Part shown: positions 1-8,650 of the stretch, one piece after another | Layout of the letters: each line of letters begins with the position of its first letter | Numbering within the stretch: position 1 is the stretch's first letter | Made by a program: the position numbers and the translations under genes | From: an uncultured delta proteobacterium | GTDB lineage: Bacteria > Desulfobacterota > Binatia > UBA9968 | Reading direction: 5' to 3' | Length of the DNA stretch: 16,814 nt | Assembly: GCA_963745835.1 (NCBI GenBank) | Contig: CAVUZH010000006.1 | Location: forward strand, 1-16,814 | Notes under the pieces: generated by a model | Database searches by the model: none | The model's input: only the letters and a program-made list of their open reading frames with translations | What the model was told of the DNA's origin: nothing

Positions 1-58
1 TTTTAGTGACCTCCTTCGAAAATTGCCGCTGAGGTGAAGAGATGCGAGTCCCAAGATC

Positions 59-135
59 GTCACCCCCCGAATGTTTTAATCGGGGGTCCAGTCCGAATTC
101 CGCCTGGATTCCCGCTAGAAGCATGCGGGAATGAC
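59..135. repeat. REP/dRS3-like composite palindrome (two inverted hairpin units)
   Basis: GTCACCCCCCGA-atgttttaa-TCGGGGGTCCAG, a 12-bp spacer, then CTGGATTCCCGC-tagaagcat-GCGGGAATGAC. This matches the widespread GTCATTCCCGC..GCGGGAATCCAG / CTGGATTCCCGC..GCGGGAATGAC intergenic repeat layout. Confidence 0.8.
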
Positions 136-243
136 AGACGCGTCCGAAAATTAGCGGCTTGAAGAACGTATTCCATTTTGATTCTCTGTGGGCGAGTGTA
201 AGCTCATGACACACTCTGTGGTTAAATCTCTTCTTCAGAGCTT

Positions 244-1218
244 CTACTCTGCTTTGATGTTGGCTTCCTTGATGACCTTCCCCCATTTAGCCGTTTCGGC
301 CACGATGTACGGACCAAACTCCGCCGGGCCCAATTTGTCCACTTCCGCGCCTTGATCGCCGAACACCTTCTGTGTTTCCGCCGAGCTCAGGATAGCCGAG
401 ATCTCCTTGTAGAGCTGGTCGACGATCGGCCGCGGCGTGCCGGCGGGCGCGAGGATTCCCCACCAGTTGTTCGCTTCATAGCCGGGGACACCGGCTTCGG
501 AGATCGTCGGCACATCCGGTAATGTGACGCTGCGCTTCGCTCCGCCGGTGCCCAACGCCTTGACTTTGCCGGACTTGATATGGGGCATGAACTGAATTAG
601 CGAGCCGAGGGCGGCAGGGGTATGGCCGCCGATCACGTCGATCATCGCGGGGCCGCCGCCTTTGAACTGGACGATGCCGACGTCAACACCAGTCATCGAC
701 TTGAAAAGCTCGCTGCCTAGATGCTGAAAGCTGCCAACGCCCGCCGCCGCGAAATTCAGCTGGCCGGGTTTTTCCTTTGCCAGAGCGATGAACTCTTTGA
801 CGGAGTTGACCGGAACGCCGGGATGGACGGCGAAAACGTTCGGCCCGGTTCCGACCTTGGCGATCGCGGTGAAGGCCTTGACCGGATCGTAGGGCAGTTT
901 GTAGAGCGAGGTATTGATCGCATACGCGGAAGAGATGACGAGCAAGGTGTGCCCGTCGGGATCCGATTTCGCCGCGGCTTCGGTGCCGATGACGCCGCCT
1001 GCGCCGCCACGGTTGTCCGCGACGACTTGTTTGCCGAGCCGTTCGCTCAGCTTGGTAGCGATGAAACGGCCCACGATGTCGTTGCTTCCGCCCGGCGGAA
1101 AGGGAATGATGAGACGAACGTTCTTCGACGGATACGTCTGTGACGCTACGATCGCAGGCGACAGGACGACCGCACAAACGAGCACTATCGCGGAAAGTCT
1201 GTTCACTTTGTACTTCAT
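244..1218 (-). CDS. Bug/TctC-family tripartite tricarboxylate transporter substrate-binding protein
   Basis: Signal peptide followed by YPSKNVRLIIPFPPGGSND, DNRGGAGGVIG, PDGHTLL, FKGGGPA and PDVPTISEAG. Start moved to ATG 1218 (MKYKV), preceded by GGGAGGAAGG. Confidence 0.93.
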   Translation of the reverse strand: MKYKVNRLSAIVLVCAVVLSPAIVASQTYPSKNVRLIIPFPPGGSNDIVGRFIATKLSERLGKQVVADNRGGAGGVIGTEAAAKSDPDGHTLLVISSAYAINTSLYKLPYDPVKAFTAIAKVGTGPNVFAVHPGVPVNSVKEFIALAKEKPGQLNFAAAGVGSFQHLGSELFKSMTGVDVGIVQFKGGGPAMIDVIGGHTPAALGSLIQFMPHIKSGKVKALGTGGAKRSVTLPDVPTISEAGVPGYEANNWWGILAPAGTPRPIVDQLYKEISAILSSAETQKVFGDQGAEVDKLGPAEFGPYIVAETAKWGKVIKEANIKAE

Positions 1219-1457
1219 TTCACCTTCCTCCCTAGTGTTTTTTCTCCGGCTTCCTTCAGTGCTTGATGATCCTGGTATCAACAGATTGTCCTTGGCGCGC
1301 GAGGTATAAGAGCGAAGAGTCCATGCAACGGGTGCATCTTATATCCAATGCGCTGCGGCCGGTCAAACTTCGTTTTCTCAGGTCTTTGCTTGCAGCGTGA
1401 ATTGATTGTGAATAATTTGTCAACCAGACCCAGCGGCCCCCATCCACGAAACTATCG

Positions 1458-2432
1458 ATGAAGATCGCCGTAATCGATGACTATCAAGACACATTCCGCA
1501 AGCTTCGCTGTTATTCAAAATTATCTGGACACGAGCTTCTGATCTACAACGACACAGAAAAGGATCCCGTTCGTTTGGCCGAGCGCTTGCGAGAGGCGGA
1601 AGCGGTCATCCTGACCCAGGCACGCTCGCCTTTTCCGCGCGTAGTGATCGAGCGCCTGCCCAAGCTTAAACTTATCAGCCAGACCGGACGCAGCACCGGG
1701 CACATCGACATCGATGCCTGCACCGAGTTCGGCGTGGTGGTCTCTGCGGCAGGATTCGCGACCCCGCACCCAACCGCTGAGCTTACCTGGGGCCTTATTC
1801 TTGCCGCGCTGCGACACATCCCCTATGAAGTGGAGCGGCTCAAACAAGGCTACTGGCAATCGACCATGGGAATTTCCGTGCAGGGAAAAACACTCGGCAT
1901 CTACGTCTACGGCCGCATCGGCAGCTTGGTCGCGAAGGTCGGCCGCGCGCTCGGCGCTCGCATACTGTGCTGGGGTCGAGAGGGTTCACTGGCGCGCGCG
2001 CGGGAGGCGGGCTACGAGGTCGCGCAAAACCGAAACGCCTTCTTCGCGGAAAGCGATATTTTGAGTCTCCATCTGCCGCTCACGACTGAGACGCGCAGCA
2101 TCGTCACGGCTGAAGACCTCGCGCGCATGAAATCCAATGCGCTGATCGTCAATACCAGCCGCGCTGGGATCATAGCCGAAGGCGCGCTGGTGCAGGCTCT
2201 GAAGACGGGCCATCCAGGCTCTGCAGCGGTCGACGTCTTTGAAGACGAGCCGGTGATCGGCGCGAGTCATCCGCTGCTGGAAATGGATAATGTGATCGCT
2301 ACTCCCCACTTGGGCTACGTCGAAAGGGACAATTATGAGCTCTACTACGGGCTCGCGATCGATCAGATTCTCGCCTATGCGAGCGGCAATCCCGCCAACG
2401 TGCTCAATCCCGAGGCGATTGGCAAGAATTAA
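1458..2432 (+). CDS. D-isomer-specific 2-hydroxyacid dehydrogenase family protein (SerA-like)
   Basis: GKTLGIYVYGRIG Rossmann segment and LHLPLT. The catalytic Arg/Glu/His lie in NTSRA, DVFEDEP and TPHLG. Confidence 0.93.
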   Translation: MKIAVIDDYQDTFRKLRCYSKLSGHELLIYNDTEKDPVRLAERLREAEAVILTQARSPFPRVVIERLPKLKLISQTGRSTGHIDIDACTEFGVVVSAAGFATPHPTAELTWGLILAALRHIPYEVERLKQGYWQSTMGISVQGKTLGIYVYGRIGSLVAKVGRALGARILCWGREGSLARAREAGYEVAQNRNAFFAESDILSLHLPLTTETRSIVTAEDLARMKSNALIVNTSRAGIIAEGALVQALKTGHPGSAAVDVFEDEPVIGASHPLLEMDNVIATPHLGYVERDNYELYYGLAIDQILAYASGNPANVLNPEAIGKN

Positions 2433-2761
2433 AAATGGAAGTTTCAGGGTTGGAAAAACTTATTCATCTTTTTGGCGGTTGACCGTTCCTCAAACGACTG
2501 CCAAGCGTTTCAAATTCGCTGTGCAATTCCGCTTTATTGGCAAATTCATCTGCAAGTTTTCCTAATGTTCCTGACAACTGCTGGTTCTGGTATAACTCCG
2601 CGCCAGCTTATTCCTTGAGCCGCTTAACTCCAATGGCGAAATCCGCTCTGCCGCCCTATGTTTCTTTGATCTCCGCGAGTGTTAGACTAAACAGTAAGAT
2701 AATTTAGGCCGAATCTTTAGATCGGCGCAACTAATCCGAAGCGCCGCAGAAAGTGAATCAT

Positions 2762-2947
2762 ATGGTCCGGATATTATTATTCTTTGCTCGCGCGCTGGTA
2801 TACCTGCTCGGCGGCTTCGGATTATTTCTGTCGTTGTTGTTCTTTTTCGCTAATCGACAGGATCGGAAAACGCGGCTTCTGCAGAGATCACCCCGAAATA
2901 CTTGGGTAAGTGAAAACCCGCCGCTAGAAGTCAGCCGTCATGGATGA
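2762..2947 (+). CDS. Possible small membrane protein
   Basis: Hydrophobic N-terminal stretch (ILLFFARALVYLLGGFGLFLSLLFFF) and a basic tail. No family recognised and the start (2753 GTG or 2762 ATG) is uncertain. Confidence 0.35.
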   Translation: MVRILLFFARALVYLLGGFGLFLSLLFFFANRQDRKTRLLQRSPRNTWVSENPPLEVSRHG

Positions 2948-3153
2948 TGCGTCGATCGCCCAATGCGAGATTTGGTTTTCTAGGCAGTTTGCTGAAAACT
3001 GTGACTACTAAAGGCTGCTGATAAAGACCTCAGAGGCAAGGCCGGCGAAGTTTCGATGACCTGAGGCGTACGGTTCAGTACGTTGAAGCGAGTCGGCCAG
3101 CGCAACGAGGCATATGAGTCTTTCCAGTAGCATGCTACTGAAGCGCGGTATCC

Positions 3154-3481
3154 ATGCTTAAGCACTTAAAGCAAAGCTGGCAACGTTTCAAAGCAGGCTT
3201 GCCCGGCCGCCGCTTCCAGCAACAGTTTCGGCTGCGCCAACGGCTTTCGCAGCGGTGCCGCTCGAAAAGCATTATTCATGGCGGCCGGCATCTTGACCGC
3301 GGCAGTCGGGATTTTTCTTCTTTTTGTCCCCGGACCGGGCTTCATCATTCTTCTGGTCGGAGCAGTGCTCATCGCCCAGCAGTCCTCTTTGGCGGCTCGG
3401 GCGTTCGATCGGATCGAGATTCGTTTACGGAGATTCATAAAGGCGAACTTTCATCGAACGCGCCGGGATGAACGCCAGTGA
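3154..3481 (+). pseudogene. PGPGW-type membrane protein split by a +1 frameshift near 3241-3246
   Basis: Frame 1 gives MLKHLKQSWQRFKAGLPGRRFQQQFRLRQR. The +1 frame continues FRSGAARKALFMAAGIL...FLLFVPGPGFIILLVGAVLIAQQS, which contains the PGPG motif between two hydrophobic segments. Confidence 0.7.
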
Positions 3482-3644
3482 GATTTCTACGTTGGAGTCT
3501 AGTCGGATCTCGAAGATGCGGGCAAAAAAAGCTCAAATCCGACTGGGGTGACTAGGCATCTCTGCAAACTTTCAACGATATTCGACGATCTGATTACTCC
3601 TGATAAAATTCTGTAACCCTCCGAGAAGGCGCTGTAGGAAGCAA

Positions 3645-3806
3645 ATGATCGAGGAAAACTCCAAATGTCCGGCATGCGGCGAAGGATTGATGAAACTGAT
3701 ACTCGATACCGAAGAGCTTACGCCGCAAGGGATCAAGACCAGCTTACGCGCTCGTTGCACCCAATGCGGCTACGAGGACAATGTTACAACGAGGGATTCC
3801 GCTTGA
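3645..3806 (+). CDS. Small zinc-ribbon protein (53 aa), absent from the ORF track
   Basis: Manual translation gives MIEENSKCPACGEGLMKLILDTEELTPQGIKTSLRARCTQCGYEDNVTTRDSA*, with two CxxCG knuckles. AGGAAG lies just upstream of the ATG. Confidence 0.75.
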   Translation: MIEENSKCPACGEGLMKLILDTEELTPQGIKTSLRARCTQCGYEDNVTTRDSA

Positions 3807-3900
3807 AACTCTGTCGCGTTTAGCGAAAGCCAAAATTCCAACCTCAGTCATTGAATCGCCCGCTATCGGAGCATCAGGCGCTGTTGAAGAGCAAATGCCG

Positions 3901-3930
3901 TTGACACGACGTAAATCTGTCGGATAAATT
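3901..3930 (+). promoter_or_regulatory. Putative sigma70 promoter for the GNAT gene
   Basis: Perfect TTGACA (3901-3906), an 18-bp spacer and TAAATT (3925-3930), about 80 bp upstream of the ATG. Confidence 0.45.
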
Positions 3931-4012
3931 TTGTGGCAAAAAGTTCACAGAATACGTTGAGCGGGGCTAATTAATTATTGGCTATCGACTGCGACAATGA
4001 GAGGATAGAAAC

Positions 4013-4891
4013 ATGACCAACGACGTGCTCGCCCACTCAGTCAAACTTCGTCCGGGACTCCCTTCAGACATCGAGCCATGCGCGCGGATTGTTTTCAACG
4101 CGTTTACCGCCATCGCTGCGCAGCACAACTTCCCACCCGATATTCCTTCTATGGAGGTCAGTACCGAACTGGTGACCATGTTGCTTACGCATCCGCATTT
4201 CTTCAGTGTCGTGGCAGAGCTCGACGGCAAGATCGTCGGCAGCAATTTTCTTGACGAGCGTTCCGCCATTGTTGGCGTGGGCCCAATCACCATAGACCCC
4301 GGCGTCCAAAACCGCGGGCTCGGGCGCCGGCTGATGGAAGCTGTTCTCAATCGCGCCAGCGAAAAAGCACATCCAGGCGTGCGCCTGCTCCAATCCGCCT
4401 ACCACGGCCGGTCGCTAGCGCTATACAGTACGTTGGGCTTTCAAGTGCGCGAAGGAATTGCTTGCATGCAAGGCCCCCCAATAGGCGCCTCCCTGGCGAG
4501 CTACCCTGTACGCGCGGCGCGAGAGGAAGATCTCGAAGCTTGCGATCGGATTTGCCGTTTCGTCCATGGACACGACCGTCATCGCGAGCTGCTTGACGCT
4601 GTTCAGCTTGGCACAGCGAAGATCGTCGAGCACGATGGGCGAATCACCGGTTACGCCACTGACTTTGGTTTCTTTGGTCATGCTGCGGCTGAAACAACCC
4701 GCGATCTGATCGCGCTGATTAGTTCGGCCTCTGCTTTTACCGGCCCAGGCATTCTTGTTCCAATGCGCAACGCACCGCTATTTCAATGGTGTTTAAGTCA
4801 GCGCTTGAAGATTGTCCAAGTCTTAACCCTGATGACCCGTGGACTTTACAACGAACCGGCAGGAGCTTACCTGCCGACGATACTGTACTAA
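4013..4891 (+). CDS. GNAT-family N-acetyltransferase (tandem GNAT-like fold)
   Basis: Motif A GPITIDPGVQNRGLGRRLM and SLALYSTLGF. A second degenerate GNAT-like half begins at VRAAREEDLEAC. RBS GAGG. Confidence 0.9.
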   Translation: MTNDVLAHSVKLRPGLPSDIEPCARIVFNAFTAIAAQHNFPPDIPSMEVSTELVTMLLTHPHFFSVVAELDGKIVGSNFLDERSAIVGVGPITIDPGVQNRGLGRRLMEAVLNRASEKAHPGVRLLQSAYHGRSLALYSTLGFQVREGIACMQGPPIGASLASYPVRAAREEDLEACDRICRFVHGHDRHRELLDAVQLGTAKIVEHDGRITGYATDFGFFGHAAAETTRDLIALISSASAFTGPGILVPMRNAPLFQWCLSQRLKIVQVLTLMTRGLYNEPAGAYLPTILY

Positions 4892-5052
4892 TGATGAATG
4901 CCTAGCTAAAAGAGTCGAGCTGGCGTGCCTGCTGGTAATGCTGCTTACTCCATCCAAACCGCAGCGATGGAAACGCCGGATCTGATGAAAACGGCGCAAC
5001 CACTGCTGCATAAGTCCCTCAGCCTCGTAATTCGTTGGCTTTTCCGCCCCAG

Positions 5053-5415
5053 CTATCTGCGGCGAGCTGTGCGCCGGCGCTTCTTACCCGTCCTCTTGCC
5101 GGATTCTGACGTTGCGGCGGGAAATTGAATATTGATGCCGATGATCTGGTCCGCGTAACGATCTGCCAGGCGACCCAGAAAGGCGCTGAAGAACTGCCAC
5201 TCGCGGCCGGGCTTATGCGGACTTATAACCTCGCAGGTGATCATGCCATCATGGGCAGACCAGTTCATCCAGCCAGGATACAATACGTTCTTATGCTGGA
5301 TCCGTCGCCCGCGCTTGGTTGCTTCGAAGGTGCGCAGTTCGCCTGCGCGCATCGCATCCACGAGCGTCTTATGAAGATTCACTCCGGTCCGTTCGAAAAT
5401 TTGAAAGCGAATCAT
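5053..5415 (-). CDS. Hypothetical protein (120 aa) with basic C-terminal tail
   Basis: Strong RBS GGGAGGTG upstream of ATG 5415 (MIRFQIFE). Globular alpha/beta-like composition, and it fills the gap between flanking genes. Confidence 0.7.
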   Translation of the reverse strand: MIRFQIFERTGVNLHKTLVDAMRAGELRTFEATKRGRRIQHKNVLYPGWMNWSAHDGMITCEVISPHKPGREWQFFSAFLGRLADRYADQIIGINIQFPAATSESGKRTGKKRRRTARRR

Positions 5416-5603
5416 GCTCGGCACCTCCCGTTGTATCAGTTACCTGCCTGGCGCAGAATTTTACGGTTAGCCTCTCTGGTTGGCAAGCGTTTCGTTTTCT
5501 CCCCCGACGAAACCGTTGACACGAGAACGACTTAATTGTTAAGGCAAGCACTGGTCCGATGGTGCACCTCACGAATGCTACCAATCGGTAAAAAGGACAG
5601 CTT

Positions 5604-6611
5604 ATGATTGTGTTGTCTGCGCTTAGATTATTTCTCATTTTGGTTCTTGCTCTCCATTTCTCGGCATCGGCAATCCTGCAGGCTCAGACACTCAAGGTTC
5701 CGTATGTCTCGCTCTCCCCCACCGCCGGCCCGTTGTGGATCGCCTATGAAGCAGGATACTTCAAAAAAAACAATGTCAGCACCGAGTTACTTTACATCCC
5801 CGGCGGATCAACAATTATTCAGGCCATAATCTCGGGCGACGTCAAAGTGGCCAACATGGCGCCTCCGTCAGCCATCGGCGCTTGGGCCAAAGGCTTCGAT
5901 CTAACGTTGATCGCGAGCGGGGTCGATCAACTTCTGGAGACTGTGGTCACCGGACCATCGGTCAAAGCCGTGGCTGATCTGAAAAATAAGAAGATCGGCG
6001 TCAGCCGCTTCGGTTCTCTCACGGATATGGCTCTTCGCGAAGCCTTGCGACTCCACAAACTCAATCCCGATAAAGACGTAACCATTCTACAGACAGGAGG
6101 CGAAGCCACGCGCTTTGCCGCTCTCACCAGCGGCGCCATAGATGGAGCGATGCTTTCAGGGGACAAGAAAGTACAGGCGGAGAAGATGGGCTTTCATGTC
6201 GTCATAGATCTAAGTCAGCTGCCGATTTATTATCCGGTGAATGGCGTCGTTGCTTCGAAAAAATTTGTCTCGACCAATTCGGAAGTCGTTGAAAACTTTC
6301 TCAAGAGCTGGCTCGAGGGGATCAAAGCTTTCAAGACCGACAAAGAACTGTCACTCAAAGTTCTCGCCAAATACCTAAAGATTAGCGACCGAGCCATTCT
6401 GGAGGAGAGTTATGAAATATACCGGCCGGTGTACAAGAAACTGCCCTACGGCGACAAGCGAGCGGTGAAGTTCGCACTCGACCAGATGGGCAAAGAACTT
6501 CCCGATGCCGGCAAACTCAACGCTGAAGATTTCATTTACAATGGGATCCTCGCGAAATTGGAGAAGAGCGGTTTTATCGATCAAATATATGGCGAATCTT
6601 CAAAACAATAA
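5604..6611 (+). CDS. NitT/TauT (SsuA/THI5-like) ABC transporter substrate-binding protein
   Basis: Signal peptide, PLWIAYEAGYFKK, DLKNKKIGVSRFGSLTD and RFAALTSGAIDG. RBS AAGGA. Confidence 0.9.
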   Translation: MIVLSALRLFLILVLALHFSASAILQAQTLKVPYVSLSPTAGPLWIAYEAGYFKKNNVSTELLYIPGGSTIIQAIISGDVKVANMAPPSAIGAWAKGFDLTLIASGVDQLLETVVTGPSVKAVADLKNKKIGVSRFGSLTDMALREALRLHKLNPDKDVTILQTGGEATRFAALTSGAIDGAMLSGDKKVQAEKMGFHVVIDLSQLPIYYPVNGVVASKKFVSTNSEVVENFLKSWLEGIKAFKTDKELSLKVLAKYLKISDRAILEESYEIYRPVYKKLPYGDKRAVKFALDQMGKELPDAGKLNAEDFIYNGILAKLEKSGFIDQIYGESSKQ

Positions 6612-6623
6612 AAGGAATTAAAC

Positions 6624-7421
6624 ATGGCCGCGAAAATCAAACATCTAGCGATCATCAGCGACAACTACGCTTTGTTGAGCCGGTTCTATGAAGCGCTATT
6701 CGGCATGAAAACTTCAAAATCACCCCGGCCGGAAAGCGCCGTGGCGATCGGCGACGGTTATGTCGGCATGAACATCATTCCGCAGAAGCTGGGACGGCAG
6801 GCGGGCCTGGAGCATTTTGGATTGGAAGTCGAAGATGTCGAAAAAATAACGGGCCGCTTGCGCGAGAAGTATCCGTCCGTACAGCTGATCAAGAGACCGA
6901 CCAATCGCCCCTTCGCCGGCATCAGCACCCACGATCCGGAAGGTTATGTCTTCGACTTATCCCAGCAGAATATGACCAATCGGGGCGAAGTGTATGTTGA
7001 AGGCGAATGGAAGCAGGATCGGTATGTAAGCCACTTCGTCCTGCGCGCGCTTAATCCGGGCAATCTGGCGAAGTTCTATCGTGAGATCTATGACCTTCAC
7101 GAAATGGAGAAGCCAGCCGACGATCCCAACCATTATCTCAGCGACGGCCGGATGACGATGATCATCTCGCCCTGGGCGATCACCGACTTCGAAGGCGCCG
7201 GCATCGAGCCGCGACATATGGATCACCTGGGGTTCAGAGTTGAGGATGTCGAATCGTTCAAAAAGGATCTTCAGGAAATGGTCAAAAGAAACCCTGCCCT
7301 TGCGCCCAAACCCGGCGGCACCGAAGGCGATATCAGGCTCAAGCTGCTCGCCAAGTGCAAGCACGGACAGTTTCAGCTTGCCGATCCCGATGGCGTGCCC
7401 ATCGACGTGGCAGCGCGTTAA
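6624..7421 (+). CDS. Two-domain VOC (glyoxalase/extradiol dioxygenase-like) family protein
   Basis: Repeated VOC modules KHLAI..FYEALFG..EHFGLEVEDV..DPEG and SHFVL..FYREIY..DHLGFRVEDV..DPDG. It lies 12 bp downstream of the SBP gene, so probably the same operon. Confidence 0.9.
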   Translation: MAAKIKHLAIISDNYALLSRFYEALFGMKTSKSPRPESAVAIGDGYVGMNIIPQKLGRQAGLEHFGLEVEDVEKITGRLREKYPSVQLIKRPTNRPFAGISTHDPEGYVFDLSQQNMTNRGEVYVEGEWKQDRYVSHFVLRALNPGNLAKFYREIYDLHEMEKPADDPNHYLSDGRMTMIISPWAITDFEGAGIEPRHMDHLGFRVEDVESFKKDLQEMVKRNPALAPKPGGTEGDIRLKLLAKCKHGQFQLADPDGVPIDVAAR

Positions 7422-7461
7422 GCCACATAGGTAAGATCTCGGCGGGTATGGTGTCCCCCTG

Positions 7462-8415
7462 ATGGGAGTGGTTAACGATGACCGAGCTTACCCCGCTCCA
7501 CAGCTCCAGACGTTTGCTGGTCAATTCGAATTGCGTGACTGGAAACAGGCGCGTCGGATCGAAACGCCGAGCGGATCGATCGCATGGGAGTTGAACGGGG
7601 TACTGGTATCGTGTCAGTCCGCTGTGCTCACGCTTGCCGTTGGCAAGCCTGAGGGTGTCCTAGTGGCCGGTGGTGCGAGAAAGCTCCTTACGCCGGTCGA
7701 AGGGGAACTGCGCGTCGATACAACGACTTTTGCTCTGAAGTCCCACTTCGTTCCTGAGAAGCCTGATAGGGCCACGGGCTCTCTCGAGATACGTAAGCAC
7801 CGGCGTACGCTCGGGTTCAACTTGGAGCTTCGGCGAAACCGCCTCACGGCCACCGTGTTTGCCCGCACAAGCAAGGACGAACCCGTTGCGGCGCAGGTTT
7901 TCCTGTTCTATCGGATCGGTGAGAAGGCACCGCCACGCCGCGCACCAGAGAAGGCACCTTCTCCGATCACGCCGCCAAAGCCGAGTGCGCCGAACCCGGT
8001 GCCACCAGCGCCGGCTGAGAAATTAGCAACATCGCAAGCGAGCATTTCCAGTGTCCGACAGATTTCATCCAACGAACAGAGGTTGTCGGGACATTGGGTG
8101 TACCAGGAATTCTATTCCTCCGGGCGCGGCGAACTTCACATGATGCTCTTACGTAACGGGCACTGTGTGCGAACAAGCAACAGTGTAGCGACGTTAATAC
8201 TTCATGATAGCGCGGGTAATTGGACAGGCTTCATGGAGCGGGCTTCGGCCCTGGATCCGGGCGACCGTGGCAAGTGGCGATTCGACGGCCGGTTGCTCAC
8301 GCTGGAGATGGACGACGACAGCACCTACGAGTACACCGTAACGCTCTCGGGCACATCGATGACAACGCGCAACACGACAGGAGGCGCACAGCGGCTTTGG
8401 ACGAAAGAACGCTGA
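7462..8415 (+). CDS. Hypothetical two-domain protein with Pro-rich linker and C-terminal lipocalin-like beta domain
   Basis: 317-aa ORF with linker KAPPRRAPEKAPSPITPPKPSAPNPVPPAPAEK. The C-terminal LSGHW...GKWRFDGRLLTL...LWTK pattern is typical of lipocalin-like barrels. Start uncertain, as GGGAG at 7464 precedes an out-of-frame ATG at 7478. Confidence 0.65.
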   Translation: MGVVNDDRAYPAPQLQTFAGQFELRDWKQARRIETPSGSIAWELNGVLVSCQSAVLTLAVGKPEGVLVAGGARKLLTPVEGELRVDTTTFALKSHFVPEKPDRATGSLEIRKHRRTLGFNLELRRNRLTATVFARTSKDEPVAAQVFLFYRIGEKAPPRRAPEKAPSPITPPKPSAPNPVPPAPAEKLATSQASISSVRQISSNEQRLSGHWVYQEFYSSGRGELHMMLLRNGHCVRTSNSVATLILHDSAGNWTGFMERASALDPGDRGKWRFDGRLLTLEMDDDSTYEYTVTLSGTSMTTRNTTGGAQRLWTKER

Positions 8416-8431
8416 TGTGGCGAGATGAAAA

Positions 8432-8635
8432 TGCGCGGGCATCAACCGTCGCACATGAACCATCTGGGTTCAGAGTTGAAGATGTCGAATCATTTAAAAA
8501 AGACCTTCAAGCTTATTCAAGAAACGCGCGCTTGCGGCGCCAAAACCCGGCGGAAACCCAAGCCGATGTCAAGACTCAACTCCTCGCGAAGTGACACCAA
8601 CGCGAAGTCCAACTCACCGATCGACGTCTCCGCCG
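8432..8635 (+). pseudogene. Degenerate remnant of the 3' end of a VOC gene paralogous to 6624-7421
   Basis: GGGTTCAGAGTTGA is identical at 7230-7243 and 8466-8479. Both copies translate to GFRVEDVESFKKDLQ, and similarity continues through LLAK and ATCGACGT (7401 / 8620) with indels and a stop. Confidence 0.85.
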
Positions 8636-8650
8636 TTTTCGAAACATTAC

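Noticed and set aside
184-221. CTCTGTGG repeated at 30-bp spacing
   Set aside because: Only two 8-bp copies, too short to call a repeat element or CRISPR.
683-1309. Several overlapping ORFs (683-1177, 721-1143, 756-1010, 914-1309)
   Set aside because: Shadow or antisense frames of the well-supported Bug gene. The same applies to ORFs nested within the other major CDSs.
2440-2690. GTTAGAC at 2681 as an attC core, and a stop-interrupted minus-strand frame
   Set aside because: No matching RYYYAAC or paired arms upstream, and no recognisable protein motif.
3499-3546. Imperfect inverted repeat AGTCGGAT/ATCCGACT
   Set aside because: Long loop and no U-tract after the stem, so it cannot be assigned as a terminator or ncRNA.
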